A DNA stretch of 63,778 nt, filler included, from Chiloscyllium plagiosum (GCF_004010195.1; 4 parts of one record of this genome joined end to end with filler, not necessarily neighbours in it); one strand, 5' to 3'. Numbered from the whole stretch's first letter, positions 27,419 to 40,384 are shown. Notes: a model not told the origin generated them from the letters alone. Made by a program: numbers and translations.

Positions 27419-27981
27419 CAAGGAGCATGATAAAAGCTGGGCATTCCCATTCCATCACATCCCACCTGCCCCACCATTAGCACCATGCATGGATTCGATA
27501 TTCATCTGATCTGGTACCCCAGGATAGTCAATACTAGAGCGGAAGAACACTATTCCCTGTTTTTAGGAATAGACTTTGGTGAAGAAGGGATTTCTTGACT
27601 GAAAAGCCATCGACCTGAAACAGAATCTTGTGCTCTCACCAGAGGCAGATTTGGTAGGTCATTTAACCAGGTGGAATGGAGGCATGGGCAGACTCTGACC
27701 TCTTCTGTACTCGATCCCAATTCAGTCTGTGAAAGGCTCAAGAGTTCCTTTTGTGTCCCACTGCTCAACAGATGAGTTGTGCCTACCCTCAGGGCCTCAC
27801 ACACTGCCACTGGGTGTTAAGCTGATAGCAAACTGGGGCTTCACTATTCAAGGAGCAAACCCATAGGTGATTCCTTGTGGACTCTGAGGGTTGGGAAATC
27901 CCTTGATCAAAGGCACTCTGCTTGAATGAGAGGTCCAGCATCAGGGTGCATGGCCCACTGAGTGCCAGCCTACTGCCCTCA

Positions 27982-28405
27982 ATACCGATTCCCTTCTCCC
28001 ACAATTCTGAACACTACTCCCCCCCCCCCCCCGCGCCCCACCCCCCCCCCCCCCCCGCATCCCGCCTCCCCCAACCTTACTACTTTAAATCCTCCCGAGC
28101 AGCTCTCGCCAAATTTCCCTGCCAGTATATTAGTCCTCTTCCAATTTAGGTGCAATTCGTTCTTCTTACACAGGTCACTTCTACCCCAAAAGAGATTCCA
28201 ATAATCTAAAAATGTGAATCCTTCTCCCATACACCAGCTCCTCAGCCACGCATTCATCTGCTCTATCCTCCGATTCCTGCCCTCATTAGCTCGTAGCACT
28301 GGGAGTAATCCAGATATTACTACTCTCGAGCACCTTATTTTTTAAATTTCTGCCCAACTCTCTGTAATCTTCCTTCAGAATCTCAACCTTTTCCCTTCCT
28401 ATAAC
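27982..28405 (-). mobile_element. CR1 ORF1 C-terminal fragment with G-rich tract
   Basis: RNRRIEQMNAWLRSWCMGEGFTFLDYWNLFWGRSDL..NELHLNWKRTNILAG is a CR1 SGNH-like ORF1. Confidence 0.85.
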
Positions 28406-29068
28406 TTGGTACAGGATCAAGAGACACCTCAGATCATGTCAGGAGCTATTAGAAGGTCCTAATGTATACTAAGCTACATACTTGCACTTGGAGAAGTCTT
28501 AATGTTTGTTTCAAGCTAAAATAATGGACATTTCTTGGTCGTACTCTCCACCATTTCACAAGTGGGGCTCTTTGGCCATTGTTTGACACACGCTTGCTGA
28601 TCACTAGGAGGCTGTGCAATGCCTCAGAAATGTATCGCATTTCACACAATGCAACTTCTACAGTTTGATTAGAAAGTACTGGCTTATAATTGCCTGTTTA
28701 TTCATTATCTGTACTGCCTACGAGCATTCGCGTAACCATCTCAATGGTGAAAAAGATTTTAATCAAATCCAAACATCTCTATCATGGATGGAGATACTGA
28801 CAGTAAAGATAATAAAATAATTACAGGATATCTCTTGAAATATCTTGAAACTGGTCATCACAGCAGAGAAAGCTGAAATTACTTTCACTTCATGCCTATA
28901 ATGAATATTGACCTCTCTCTTTTGGGACTGAAGGCAAAGTAGAATTTTGCAGTCATGTGCAATCTTGTATCATTATCAACTTGGACCTTTTACATTCAGT
29001 GGTGATTTTATTAGTTTGCTAAAAGAAGCAAATTCTACTTGAAGTGAAGAGAAAGAAATCATGCTTAC

Positions 29069-29115
29069 TTGACTCCAGCTGTCCATGTGTGCTGTCTGGT
29101 ATCCGTGGAATATCC
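29069..29115 (-). CDS. RIMS2: RIMS2 coding exon immediately after the PDZ domain (47 nt, phase 2 to 1)
   Basis: Translates (G)DIPRIPDSTHGQLES(S), matching vertebrate RIMS2 GDIPRIPDSTHAQLESS. Acceptor ttttctgaag|G, donor TCAA|gtaagc. Confidence 0.92.
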
Positions 29116-30607
29116 CTTCAGAAAAGACAAACAAAAAGAAGTAAACATTTAATAGCTATATGAGTGCTACTCTGCTTGAGCAAAGAGATGCCACACTGTA
29201 CAGCAGAATCTTATAACTAGTTCATACTTCAATGAAATCATTCTCCTGTGAATACATTGTAAAAATTGGCAAAAGATGCAACATACACATTTGTTTTGAA
29301 ATTGAGGCAACATGTATTAATATATGACTTGCATTTAATAATTAATAAGTGAGTATTTTTTATGAATGCGAACCACAGTACCATCCGTTAAATCGTAGAA
29401 AAGTTACAGCACAGGTAGAGGCCATTCAGCAAACTATGTCTGCACCAGCCATAAGGTGCCCATGCTAATCTCACCGTCCAGCGCCTGGTCCTTGTAGGTT
29501 TACAGCGCTGGAGCAGATCCCTGGGAATTCAGTTGTGCACTCACCACGACCTTCATCTATTAAAATCAATGCATGGAAAATTGTGGATAGTGTGCCAAAA
29601 TAATCCTGTGTGCATTCTCAATCGGTGACATTGCAAACTTGTTTGCAAAATTTCCTCATTAACAGACTTGTATTCTTCACATATAGTTTTCTCACACTAA
29701 CAATTTTGAAACACTGCGTCTGAAAGCAATTTCAGTGAGAATTCGGTGAACAACATGGTGATACGTGCGTCAAAACTCTCCTTTGTGTGGAGATTTCCTT
29801 GAATGCTTCCAAATTGATTGCTGCAAGTAATACTTGAAGTTGGAGATGGTCTAAGAATAGGGTAACTTCTCAGATTTAGTGTGGATGTGCTCTCATGAGA
29901 ATAACAATATATGAAAAAATTTAACTTTGTATAAATTACAAATAAGCACTCACTTTAAGGACTGTAAGATCAAAATCTTTGCCTTTTCTGCCCTTATTGT
30001 AGCATGGAAATAATAGTAGATTGAATATCTGGTATTTTGCTGTGTCTTTTTAACTCAGTCCTGATATTAACATCTGTTTCCAGGTTTTCCCTTCAGAGAT
30101 TGCTAGATTGATGATGTCTTGCATCTATCAGAGAATGTCTGGGGACCACAGTGGAGATCCAAATGAATCCATTGAAGAGGACAGAGCAAGAATGAGGATG
30201 GATGCATAATACTGGAAGCGCACTCAAGTTCTCCAGTGCTTCCCTTTTGATCATGCAACTAGCTGCGAGTACACAAATAAAACTTACTTCAGCAGATGAG
30301 AGGAGGCCAGCTTCTTAAATAACACAAACATGGATGAAGTGGATGCCATTCCACATCTTCAACATTTTCTTATACAGCACATCTCAGGTCAACATTCCTC
30401 ACAGTCCACATGTTCCTCTCTCTCAATGTATCTTCATCTCTCTGTCTGAGTAGCTACTGAACCTAATACCACCTCAAATCCATTATTCACAATCACAAAT
30501 ATTTTCAATCCACTTTGCTTACACAATCCATTGCACAGAACTTCAATGTGAGTGAGAGATCTGGGAACTGCCCTCCAATAGTACGAACATTGAATGCTGA
30601 GGATGAG

Positions 30608-31395
30608 CTTAAAAATGTGTTGCTGGAAAAGCGCAGCATGTCAGGCAGCATCAAAGGAGAAGGAGAATCGACATTTCGGGCATAAGCCCTTCTTCAGGAA
30701 TGAGGAGGGTGTACCAAGCAGGCTAAGATAAAAGGTAGGGAGGAAGGACTTGGGGGAGGGGTGTTGGGAATGCAATAGGTGGAAGGAGGTTAAGGTGAGG
30801 GTGATAGGCGGGAGAGGGGGTGAGGGCGGAGAGGTCGGGAAGAAGATTGCAGTTCAAGAAGGCGGTGCTGAGTCTGAGGGTTGGGACTGAGAAAAGGTGA
30901 GGGGAGGGGAANNNNNNNNNNNNNNNNNNNNNNNNNNNNNNNNNNNNNNNNNNNNNNNNNNNNNNNNNNNNNNNNNNNNNNNNNNNNNNNNNNNNNNNNN
31001 NNNNNNNNNNNNNNNNNNNNNNNNNNNNNNNNNNNNNNNNNNNNNNNNNNNNNNNNNNNNNNNNNNNNNNNNNNNNNNNNNNNNNNNNNNNNNNNNNNNN
31101 NNNNNNNNNNNNNNNNNNNNNNNNNNNNNNNNNNNNNNNNNNNNNNNNNNNNNNNNNNNNNNNNNNNNNNNNNNNNNNNNNNNNNNNNNNNNNNTCCTTG
31201 GTGATGGGGTCCGTTTGGAGGTGGCGGAAATGACGAAGGATGATCCGATGTATCTAGAGGTTGGTGGGGTGGTAGGTGAGGACTAGTGGGGTTCTGTCCT
31301 GGTGGCGATTGGAGGGGCAGGGTTCAAGGGCGGAGGAGCAGGAAGTGGAGGAGATGCGGTGGAGGGCCACAGCATCTGCAGTCCTCACTTTCTCC
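30608..31395. mobile_element. PLE insertion: inverted body (minus) plus short plus-strand tail; contains N gap 30912-31194
   Basis: 14-bp TSD atgctgaggatgag (30594-30607 / 31396-31409). Minus-strand hammerhead CTGAAGA-AGGGC-TTAT-GCCC-GAAATGTC at 30697-30670. Tail cagcatctgcagtcctcactttctcc at ~31370-31395. Confidence 0.85.
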
Positions 31396-31674
31396 ATGCT
31401 GAGGATGAGGCAACCATGGACATGGCATGAATTCTGGCCACTGGTTGGAGTTAGAGGTGGGGACTCTCTGAGATAATCTGGTGAAAGAATTCATAACACT
31501 CTGACATGATGCAAAGTAAATGCTGATGCTAATTCACAGTCACCAAGAACTGAAAGATGATTATTTGCATAATGTCAACTTTGAACTCTTTCCCAAAATA
31601 ATTCAAGCCTTTTCTTTCTCAAAAGTCCTTCAAATCAAAGCAGAAGCTAGAGATGGAGTAAAACCCAAAAAAAA

Positions 31675-32010
31675 ACATGTGCTTATAAAGCATCTTTCAT
31701 GACCCCAGGTCATCCTAAAGTGGACTACAGCCAACAAAGTAGCTTTGAAGTGCAGTCACTGTTCTAATTCAGGAAATACAGAAGCCTATTTGTGTGCAAC
31801 TCAGACAAGCAGCAAAGTGTAAGATAATCTGTTTTTATCATTTTAATCGATAGCTGACTATTGGCGAAGACATCTGGGATAGCACTCCTGCTCTTCTTCA
31901 AACTACAACTCTTGGGTTCATATACATCCACCTAAGGGTTTGGGCCTCAATTTAATAAATCACCTGAAGTAATGCACTGTTGTGGAGGGTCAGCCTCAAC
32001 TTTTGTACTC
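31675..32010 (-). mobile_element. Deu-domain SINE (SacSINE1/AmnSINE-like), degenerate
   Basis: ctcctgctcttcttcaaa...tacatccacct...gggcctcaatttaa and tttgaagtgcagtcactgtt resemble reverse-complemented DeuSINE; second copy at 61715-61910. Confidence 0.65.
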
Positions 32011-32589
32011 GAGTTGCTAAAATAAAACAAATGTGTTTACATATTCTAACGAAGTACTGTCTCACGAGTCCTGCTCAACATTCATGCCTTGGACCGTTCA
32101 GGCAAGTAACTGAGGTGTCAAATGGTAAGCTGTACAGTGAACTGAAGCCCATGTTTACAACAAACACAGAAGAGAAGAGTAATCAATGGACATGCTCTAC
32201 ACACTTGAGGTTCTGCTTAGATGGACCCAAATACTGTGCTTTGGGATCTTTCATCAAGGTTTCAAGTGTTATGTGTCAAATACAGGCAAGTGAAAATAGT
32301 TTAGTTTGAGAAACTTGGTCCGCATGCACGAGTTGGACCAAAGAGTCAATTTCCATGCTGGATGAATCTATGACTATGACTCCTGTACACTCCATAAATC
32401 AGAGATCAGAAGAGTCTGCCTGCAGCATAAACATCTTGATGCTGCAGGTCTTTGTCTTGATTCCCACCCCTGTGGAGAGGGAGGCCACTTGCATTAAGCC
32501 ATTGAGCATCAGACGGCAGGCAATAGAGTATGCATTGCCCCACCAAAGGATTACACAAGTAATCTGTGTTTGTTCAAAGAGGATAAAGA

Positions 32590-33280
32590 GACCTTGGAGT
32601 GCAGGTTCATACCTCCTTGAAAGTGGAGTTGCAGGTAGATAGGATAGTGCAGAAGGTGTTTGGTATGCTTTCCTTCATTGGTCAGAGTATTGAGTACAGG
32701 AGTTGGGAGGTCATGTTGCGGCTATACAGATCATTGGTTAGGCCACTGTTGGAATATTACATGCAATTCTGGGCTCCTTCCTATCGGAAAGATGTTGTGA
32801 CACTGTAAAGGGTTCAGAAACGATTTACAAGGATGCTGCCAGGGTTGGAGGATTTGAGCCATAAGGAGAGGCTGAACAGACTGGGGCTGTTGTCCCTGGA
32901 GCGTTGGAGGCCAAGGGGTGACCTAATAGAGGTTCACAAAATTATGAGAGGCATGGACAGGATAAATAGACAAAGTCTTTTCCCTGGGGATGGGGAGTCC
33001 AGAACTAGAGGGCATAGGTTTAGGGTGAGAGGGGAAAGATATAAAAGAGACCTAAGGGGCAACTTTTTCACACAGAGGGTGGTACATATACAGAATGAAC
33101 TGCCAGAGGAAGTGATGAAGGCTGGTACAATTGCAACATTTAAGAGGCATTTGGATGGGTATATGAATAGGAAGGGTTTGGAGGGGTATGGGCCTTGTGC
33201 GGCAGGTGGGACTAGATTGGGTTGGGATGGGCATGTTGGACCGAAGGGTCTGTTTCCATGCTGTACATCTCTATGACTCT
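32590..33280 (+). mobile_element. Relatively young CR1 3' end
   Basis: LVRPLLEYYMQFWAP...MLPGLEDLSHKERLNRLGL...RTRGHRFRVRGERYKRDLRGNFFTQRVV; tail ctatgactct. Confidence 0.9.
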
Positions 33281-33639
33281 AAATCCTTGATGAGAAGCAA
33301 AGATCCCTCTAGCTCTTGACTAGCAAGGATGTGCAGGTGGCCATGGGACGGAAGAGGGAGAAAATGAAGCAGGGAACTGTACTCAAGGTACACTCACTCT
33401 CATCTCATGACCTCCCTTAATGTTCCTCAATCTGCACCCCACATTGCTTCCTCCTGCCATGATCATTGAATCTGTCCTTGCAGACATGAAGTCTGAGGCA
33501 ATTTTGCCTTCATAAGTACCAATTCCAAAAGATGACCTCCATGAGTACATTATCTGTCTCAGCAGGAAAATGTCCTATGCACAGTTGAAAAAAAAATCAA
33601 ATAACTACAAAGTTGAAGGTCTGGAAATGGGAGTGGCGT

Positions 33640-34760
33640 TGGGGTGGAGGGGTGAGGGTGAGGCTATTGATCTGAGTAGAGTGTAGTGTGGTGATGGTGG
33701 TATAGCCATTCTATTTATATGGCAATCCAGTTGAGTTTCTCGTCAGTGGAAACCTCCAGGATGTTGATAGTGCAGTATTCAGTGATGGTAATACTAGTGA
33801 ATGCCAAGGAGCAATGGTTAGATTGTCTCTTATTGGAGATGGGATTGCCTGGCATTTGCGGCATCCAAATGTTATTTGCTGCACGTCGTTGCATTTGAAT
33901 GGAAACTGCTTTAGTATCTGAGGACTCCTAAACATTGTACAGTTATTAATGAACATCCCCGCTTCTGAGCTTATGATGGAAAGAAGGGGAAGATGAAGCA
34001 ACTGAAGATGGTTGGGCCCAGGACACTACCTTGAAGAATCTTGCAGAGATGTCCTGGAGCTGAGATGATGACTAACCACTGACAGCCACAACAATATTCC
34101 TATGTGCCAGGTATGACTCTAACCAGCAGACAGTTTGCCTCCTGACTTCCACTGATTCCATTAATCACAGGGCTTTCTTCATGCCACACTTAGTCGAATT
34201 TGGCCTTGATGTCAATGACTCTAACTCTTACATATCCTCTGGAATTCTTTTATCCATTTTTGAACCAGACTGTAATGAATTCAAGTGACTGTTCCTGTCC
34301 GAATCCAATCTTAGCATTACTAAGTAAGTTATTGCTGCACAGGTGCTGCATGAGAGCACTGCTAACGATACCTTCCATCACTTTACTGATGATTGACAGT
34401 AGACCGATCAGGCAATTTTTGGCCAGGTTGCATTTGTCTTTTTTATTTATAGAGGACATACCTGAGCAATTTTCTAGATTATGGGGTAGATGCCAGTTTT
34501 GTAACTATACTGGAATAGCTTGGCTAGTGAAGCAAGTTCTAGAGCACAAGTCTTCAGTACTATTCCCAGAATGTTGTCAGGGCTCACAACCTTTGCAGCA
34601 TCCAACCATTTATTGATATCACATGAAATGAATCAAGTTGGCTGAAGACTTGCATCTGTGAAGCTGCGGTCCTTTGGAGGAGGCTGAGATAAATCATCCA
34701 CTTGGCACTTCTGGCTGAAGCTTGTTGCAAATACTTCAGCCTGATCTTTTGCTCCGAGTG
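33640..34760 (-). mobile_element. CR1/L2-clade LINE fragment
   Basis: Minus frames IGLLSIISKVMEGIVSSALMQHL..NNLLSNAKIGF and AKDQAEVFATSFSQKCQVDD. Confidence 0.75.
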
Positions 34761-35099
34761 AATTAAAATGGTGCATTCCCGAGCAGCATCTCCAAAAAGC
34801 CGTGTAAACCTGTTTAAACACGTTAGTCCAAGGCAACTTCTAAATTCAAATGTAAGTGAGCTTTCTGAAAGTTATGTTGTACTTGCAGTTTTACAAGGTC
34901 TCCGCATTCAATGTTACTGGGACTGTAGGATCTTTTCCAGTACCTCATGTGGTTCAGTATCACATGTTGTTTTATAATGTTTCTATGAAGCGTCTCAAAG
35001 CCAAATGTAATGTCTCCCATCCATCCTCCTCCTCGAACCAAAACAAAATTGGGCACTGGATTGGTAAGATAACTGATGTTTTTAATTCTTGATCTTTCA

Positions 35100-36800
35100 A
35101 CGGTATCTTTGGGAACTTAGAATGGCATTTAGGACAGCTGAATGTTCCTCCTGTAGAATGTGGGAAGTAAGGGTCACCACTAGTGTCCCTGCTGACTTCC
35201 TCTGCAGGAAGTGCACCCAACTCCAGCTACTTGAAAACTGGAACTGGAGCTGGAGCTGGATGAACTTTGGATCATTTGGGAGGCGGAGGGTGTTATTGAG
35301 AGGAGTTACAGGGATGAAGTCACACCTCAGGTACATGAAAAAAGCAGATGAGTTACAGTCAGGGGACAGAAAGGGAACCGGCAGACAGTGCAGAGATTCC
35401 CTGTGGCCATTCTCCTCAACAACAAGTATACCATTTTGGATACTGGCGATGGTGGTGGTGGTAGTGGTGGTGGTTGGGGGTGGGGGTTGGAGAACTTACC
35501 GAGGTAAGCAATGGGACACAAGTTTCTGGCCTGGATTCGGTCCCTGTTGCTCAGAAGAGAAGTGGGGCAAAGAGCAAAGCATTAGTCATTGGGGACTCCA
35601 TAGTTAGAGGGACAGATAGGAGTTTCTGTGGAAAAGAGAGAGACTCATGGTTGGCATGTTGCGTCCCAGGTGCCAGGGTCCATGATGTCTCTATTGTGTC
35701 TTCAGGATCCTTGAGGGGGAGGGGGAGCAGCCCCAAGTCATGGTCCACATAGGCACCAATGACATAGGTAGGAAAAGAGATGGGATTTAAGGAGGAAATT
35801 CAGGGAACTATGTTTTTTCTGGCACTAAGCTGCCACCATAGTTGTTATCTCTGGTTTGTTGCCTATGCCAAATGCTAGCAAGGCGAGGAATAGGAAGAGA
35901 GAGGAGTTGGACACATGGCTACAGGGATGGTGCAAGTGGGAGGGTTTCGGATACCTGGATAGTTGGGGCTTGTTGTGGAGTAGGTGGGACCTCTGCAAAC
36001 AGGATGATCCACACCTGAATCAGAGGGTACCAATATCCTGGGGGCGAAATTTACTAATGTTCTTCGGGAGGGTTTAAACTATTTCAGCGGGGATGGGAAC
36101 TTAAATTGTAGTTCAAGTGTAGAGGACGTTGAGAGTAATGAAGTCATAAATAAGGTTTCAAGGTTGCAAGAGTTCACGAGCAAGCAGGAAGGTGGTTTGA
36201 AATGTGTCTACTTCAATGCCAGGAGCATCCGGAATAAGATGGGTGAACTTGCAGCGTGGGTTGGTACCTGGAATTTCGATGTTGTGGCCATTTCAGAGAC
36301 ATGGGTAGAGCAGGGACAGGAATGGTTGTTGCAGGTTCTGGGATTTAGATATTTCAGTAAGAACAGAGAAGATGGTAAAATAAGGGGGTGTGTAGAACTT
36401 TTAGTCAAAAACACTATTACAGTGACAGAAAGGACCTTTGAGGATTCGCCTACTGAGGTAGTTTGGGCTCAGGTTAGAAACAGGAAAGGAGAGGTCACCC
36501 TTTTGGGTGTTTTCTACAGGCCTTTGAATAGTTCCAGAGATGTCGAGGAAAGGATACCAAAGATAATTCTGGGTAGGAGCGAGAGTAACAGGATAGTTAT
36601 TATGGGAGACTTTAACTTTCCAAATATTGACTGGAAATACTACAGTTCCAGTACTTTAGATGGGTCAGTTTTTGTCCAATATGTGCAGGATGCTTTCTTG
36701 ACACAGTATGCAGACAGGCCAACAAGCGTAGGCCATATTGGATTTGGTACTGGGGAATGAACCCAGCCAGGTTTTAGATTTGGAGGGAGGTGAGCAATTT
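35100..36800 (+). mobile_element. CR1 5' half: ORF1 (zinc-binding + SGNH esterase-like) and ORF2 APE endonuclease
   Basis: ECSSCRMW..C.KC, VIGDSIVRG, LKCVYFNARSIRNK, VAISETW, LGVFYRP, IMGDFNFPNIDW; frameshifted. Confidence 0.92.
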
Positions 36801-36802
36801 GG

Positions 36803-37600
36803 TTCATGTCACACTACAGGTAACCCCACTGCACTACACACACTCACAGATAGACACTTCTATTTACATATACACACTCCTACAGACCCTCTCTCTCATA
36901 CACAAGCTCTTTCTCATATGCTTACACATACATTCCCACACACACACAAGCACCCTCACACTTTTCTCCCTTTACACTCACAAAGCTCTTTCTCATATGC
37001 TTATTCCCACACTCACACACACACACAAGCACCCTCACACTTTTCTCCCTTTACACTCACTCTCACAGACACTCAAACATCCCTCCAACTCACACGCACA
37101 CATATATATATAGGTTTGTGGGGTGAATTTGTACTTGCAGAATTACATTTCATTTTGCTCAAAAACTGCATGATTCCATTTAAGATTCTGTAAATCCGTT
37201 TTTTAGATTAGAATCAGTCTGAACATCATAGCACAGACAGTCTCACACAGGGCACCGCACACCTTCAAGGCATTATCTGGGCCGACATGTCACCAATTGT
37301 TAAAGTTCACTTGAGTTGTAACTTTAAAAAAGTTCTGTGATTTACATATGAAAGAACTGAAACCAACATGGTCATTCTAAAAGATGAGAGACTTAACAAA
37401 CAATCCAGATCTACTTTCAGATACATCACAGTGTAAACTTTTGCTATAAATTCTGTGTTTTACGATCTTGTACTCACAACTAACTGATGAAGGAGCAGCA
37501 CACTGAAAACTAGTGCTTCCAAATAAACCTGCTGGACCATAACCTGGTGTTGTGTGATTTTTAACTTTGTACACCCCAGTCCAACACCGGCATCTCCTAA
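36803..37600 (+). mobile_element. PLE 3' region with CA-rich tandem duplication and mutated hammerhead
   Basis: Ends ...gatttttaactttgtacaccccagtccaacaccggcatctcc like 40385-40752; CTGATGA at 37484-37490 with a damaged stem II. Confidence 0.75.
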
Positions 37601-38544
37601 TCAAGAATATCCCTAGCTTTTCTAGGCTCTCCACACTACCAAACTCCTTTGTCTTCAGTATTTCTGGCTGGCACTTGTATTCTTCTCCTACGCCAGGGAA
37701 AATTAGAGGGGTCACAAATACCAGAATCAGGTCTCACCTCATGACTCTATGTGGCAACTTGCATCTTAACATGTCAACATTATTTGCAATAATCTTTACT
37801 TGAACACAAATGCATTGCGATACCATGAACTTTGCCTCTCTGCATTTCTTCATAATGTAAATCTGACCCAGAAAAAGTTTTTCCAAGTTCAGATTTTCAG
37901 TTCAGAGAGGGAGATGGTGCAGAAGGGTGAAAATGAGAGTTATGACAGCCTCCCTTAGAAAGAGCAAGGAGGCATGCACAGGGGCTGCTAGGTATGAAGT
38001 GACCAAGGCCAAAGAGCTGCACTCTATACTCGAGCACTTTGTGGAAAAAGAATTTAAAAATATAAAATCAAGTCTTCATCCCTCAGATCCCCTCACCCTC
38101 CAACATATTATCCATCTTCACCATTTAGTGTCCTCATGGTTCAAGTTCCCAATGGCAACTTATGATTGCCACCCATCGCAAGACTGTGTAGCCCACATGC
38201 CATCTCATGCAAATACATAGCCTCCTCCCACTGCACTACAATTTTGCATTCTCCATGCCAACTCATCGAATATCTTCTATTGACACATTTCCAAACTCAC
38301 ACTGAGATCAAATTAAGCACTTATATGCCTCTTGATTAATTCTCTATTAAAAAAACTTTCATTGATAAAATACCACTCACCACTAACTTCCTTCAAATAC
38401 TAGATCGCATATTTAAAAAAATGTATTTATTGCCCAACTTCAAAGATTTGGAGATGTCAGTCAAACTATAAACTGACAGGTAAGCCACATTGATAACAAT
38501 GGGTTGTAAAATCAATTATGAAGCACTAATCCTGTAATGATAGT

Positions 38545-39110
38545 CAGAGAGTCATAGAGATGTACAGCATGGAAACAGATCCTTCGGTCCAACACATCCA
38601 TCCCAACCAGATATCCCAACCCAATCTAGTCCCACCTGCCAGCACACGGCCCATACCCCTCCAAACCCTTCCTATTCATATAACCATCCAAATGCCTCTT
38701 AAATGTTGCAATTGTACCAGCCTCCACCACTTCCTCTGGCAGCTCATTCCATACGTGCACCACCCTCTATGTGAAAATGTTGCCCCGTAGGTCTCTTTTA
38801 TACTTTTCCCCTCTCACCCTAAACCTATGCCCTCTAGTTCTGGACTTCCCGACCCCAGGGAAAAGACTTTGTCTATTTATCCTATCCATGCCCCTCATGA
38901 TTTTGTAAACCTCTTGACCTCTGATGCTCCAGGGAAAACAGCCCCAACCTGTTGAGCCTCTCCCTATAGCTCAAATCCTCCAACCCTGACAACATCTTTG
39001 GAAATCTTTTCTGAACCCGTTCAAGTTTCACAACATCTTTCCAACAGGAAGGAGACCAGAATTGCTTGCAATATTCCAACACTGGCCTAACCAATGTCCT
39101 GCACAGCCGC
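38545..39110 (-). mobile_element. Young CR1 3' end
   Basis: Near reverse complement of 32590-33280 (LVRPVLEYCKQFWSP...). Confidence 0.9.
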
Positions 39111-40099
39111 ACACATCAGAGGAAAACTGCAGACCTAGCTCTTTTTAAACACTACATGTGTTTCAAGGGCAGGAAATTAAAATGCCATGACATTTGCTAC
39201 TTTCAATAAGCTTTGTCATTTTTTTACATATATCGACTTTTAACAAGCTTGAAAGATACCTGACCCCTCCCAAGCACACTGTATCTCTCCCAGAACCCTA
39301 TCTAAAAGATTACTTCATATCTTCAAAAGAGCAAGCTACCTCTCCAAAGAATGACGATAAATTAGTGCACAAGTCATGGTTTGGACATTCCATAACAGAA
39401 AATCAAATCTAACTGAAGGCAGTTGCACTTTAACATGTGCCATTTCTTCTGTGAAACACTAATATGCAAGTACAACCCATCCCCCTACCCTGTTGAAACT
39501 GTTGGGTTAAAGCTCATGGACCAGGGCTTTTGGATTTGGATTTTTGGTATTAATCATGTCAACAAACAGCCTTGCTATTTTCACATAAGATTATACCCAT
39601 GTTAGTCTGCTTTACTGTTTTCCTCCAGCCAATCCAATTTATTACACATAATTCTTAATTTTGTCATTTTTTTGTCATCCTAGTTTCCTGTCTCCTTTTT
39701 ACTTCTTTCTGATGTGTCTAGGGTCCCACCTCTTGCAAAATTATTTTGAAACCTACCCCATAGCATGAGTAAAAATATAAGTACATTTAATTTTTATTTC
39801 ATATCTTTGACAATAATAGATAATCAACATGATCTGAGCTCCACACATGGAAACACTCACTTCTTGCTACCAAGTCAAATATATAAATTTCTAAAACTCT
39901 TTTCTTCAATACACTAAGTCCGCACTTCAAGATGAGGTTGCATTCCTGCACACCACAACTTTAAGTGAAACATGTTTAAGTGAATCAGGACTCCCATAGA
40001 AATTAATGGTAAATCCAGAGTTAGGGACCTGGGAAATTTATGGCTCTGAAGAAACAATGTACAAATTAATACAGGACCGAACTTTGGAATCGTTCTGCA

Positions 40100-40384
40100 A
40101 TCCATGAAATACATCCAAAAGCACCATTTGAAATAAGGAACAAAAAGGAGAGGTGAAGAGGTTTGTGATGAATTTTTAGATTCTAAGCCATCAGCAACTG
40201 AAGGGAGGGCCACAATGGTTGTGTAATTAAATGTAGAATGTGAAAGACACAAAGCTCATAAAGGAACTGTTCAGATATTGCAAAATGTTGAAGGCCGGGA
40301 GAAGATTACAGAAAAAAGCAGGATAAGATTATAGCAGAAAACAAAGGTGATCATCTCAAAATTAATGTGTTGCTCAACTGGAGT
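40100..40384 (-). mobile_element. L2-like LINE 3' fragment
   Basis: Resembles vertebrate L2 3' region; a similar piece lies at 43740-43930. Confidence 0.45.

Noticed and set aside
28019..28075. Poly-C tract / G-quadruplex on the minus strand
   Set aside because: Expanded G-run at the CR1 ORF1 end; may include homopolymer sequencing error.
30000..33600. Possible Harbinger transposon remnants between the identified repeats (also ~37900-38250)
   Set aside because: Too degenerate to recover diagnostic motifs or TIRs.
36164..36760. 198-aa endonuclease ORF as a functional gene
   Set aside because: CR1 ORF2 N-terminus, truncated by a frameshift and a PLE insertion.
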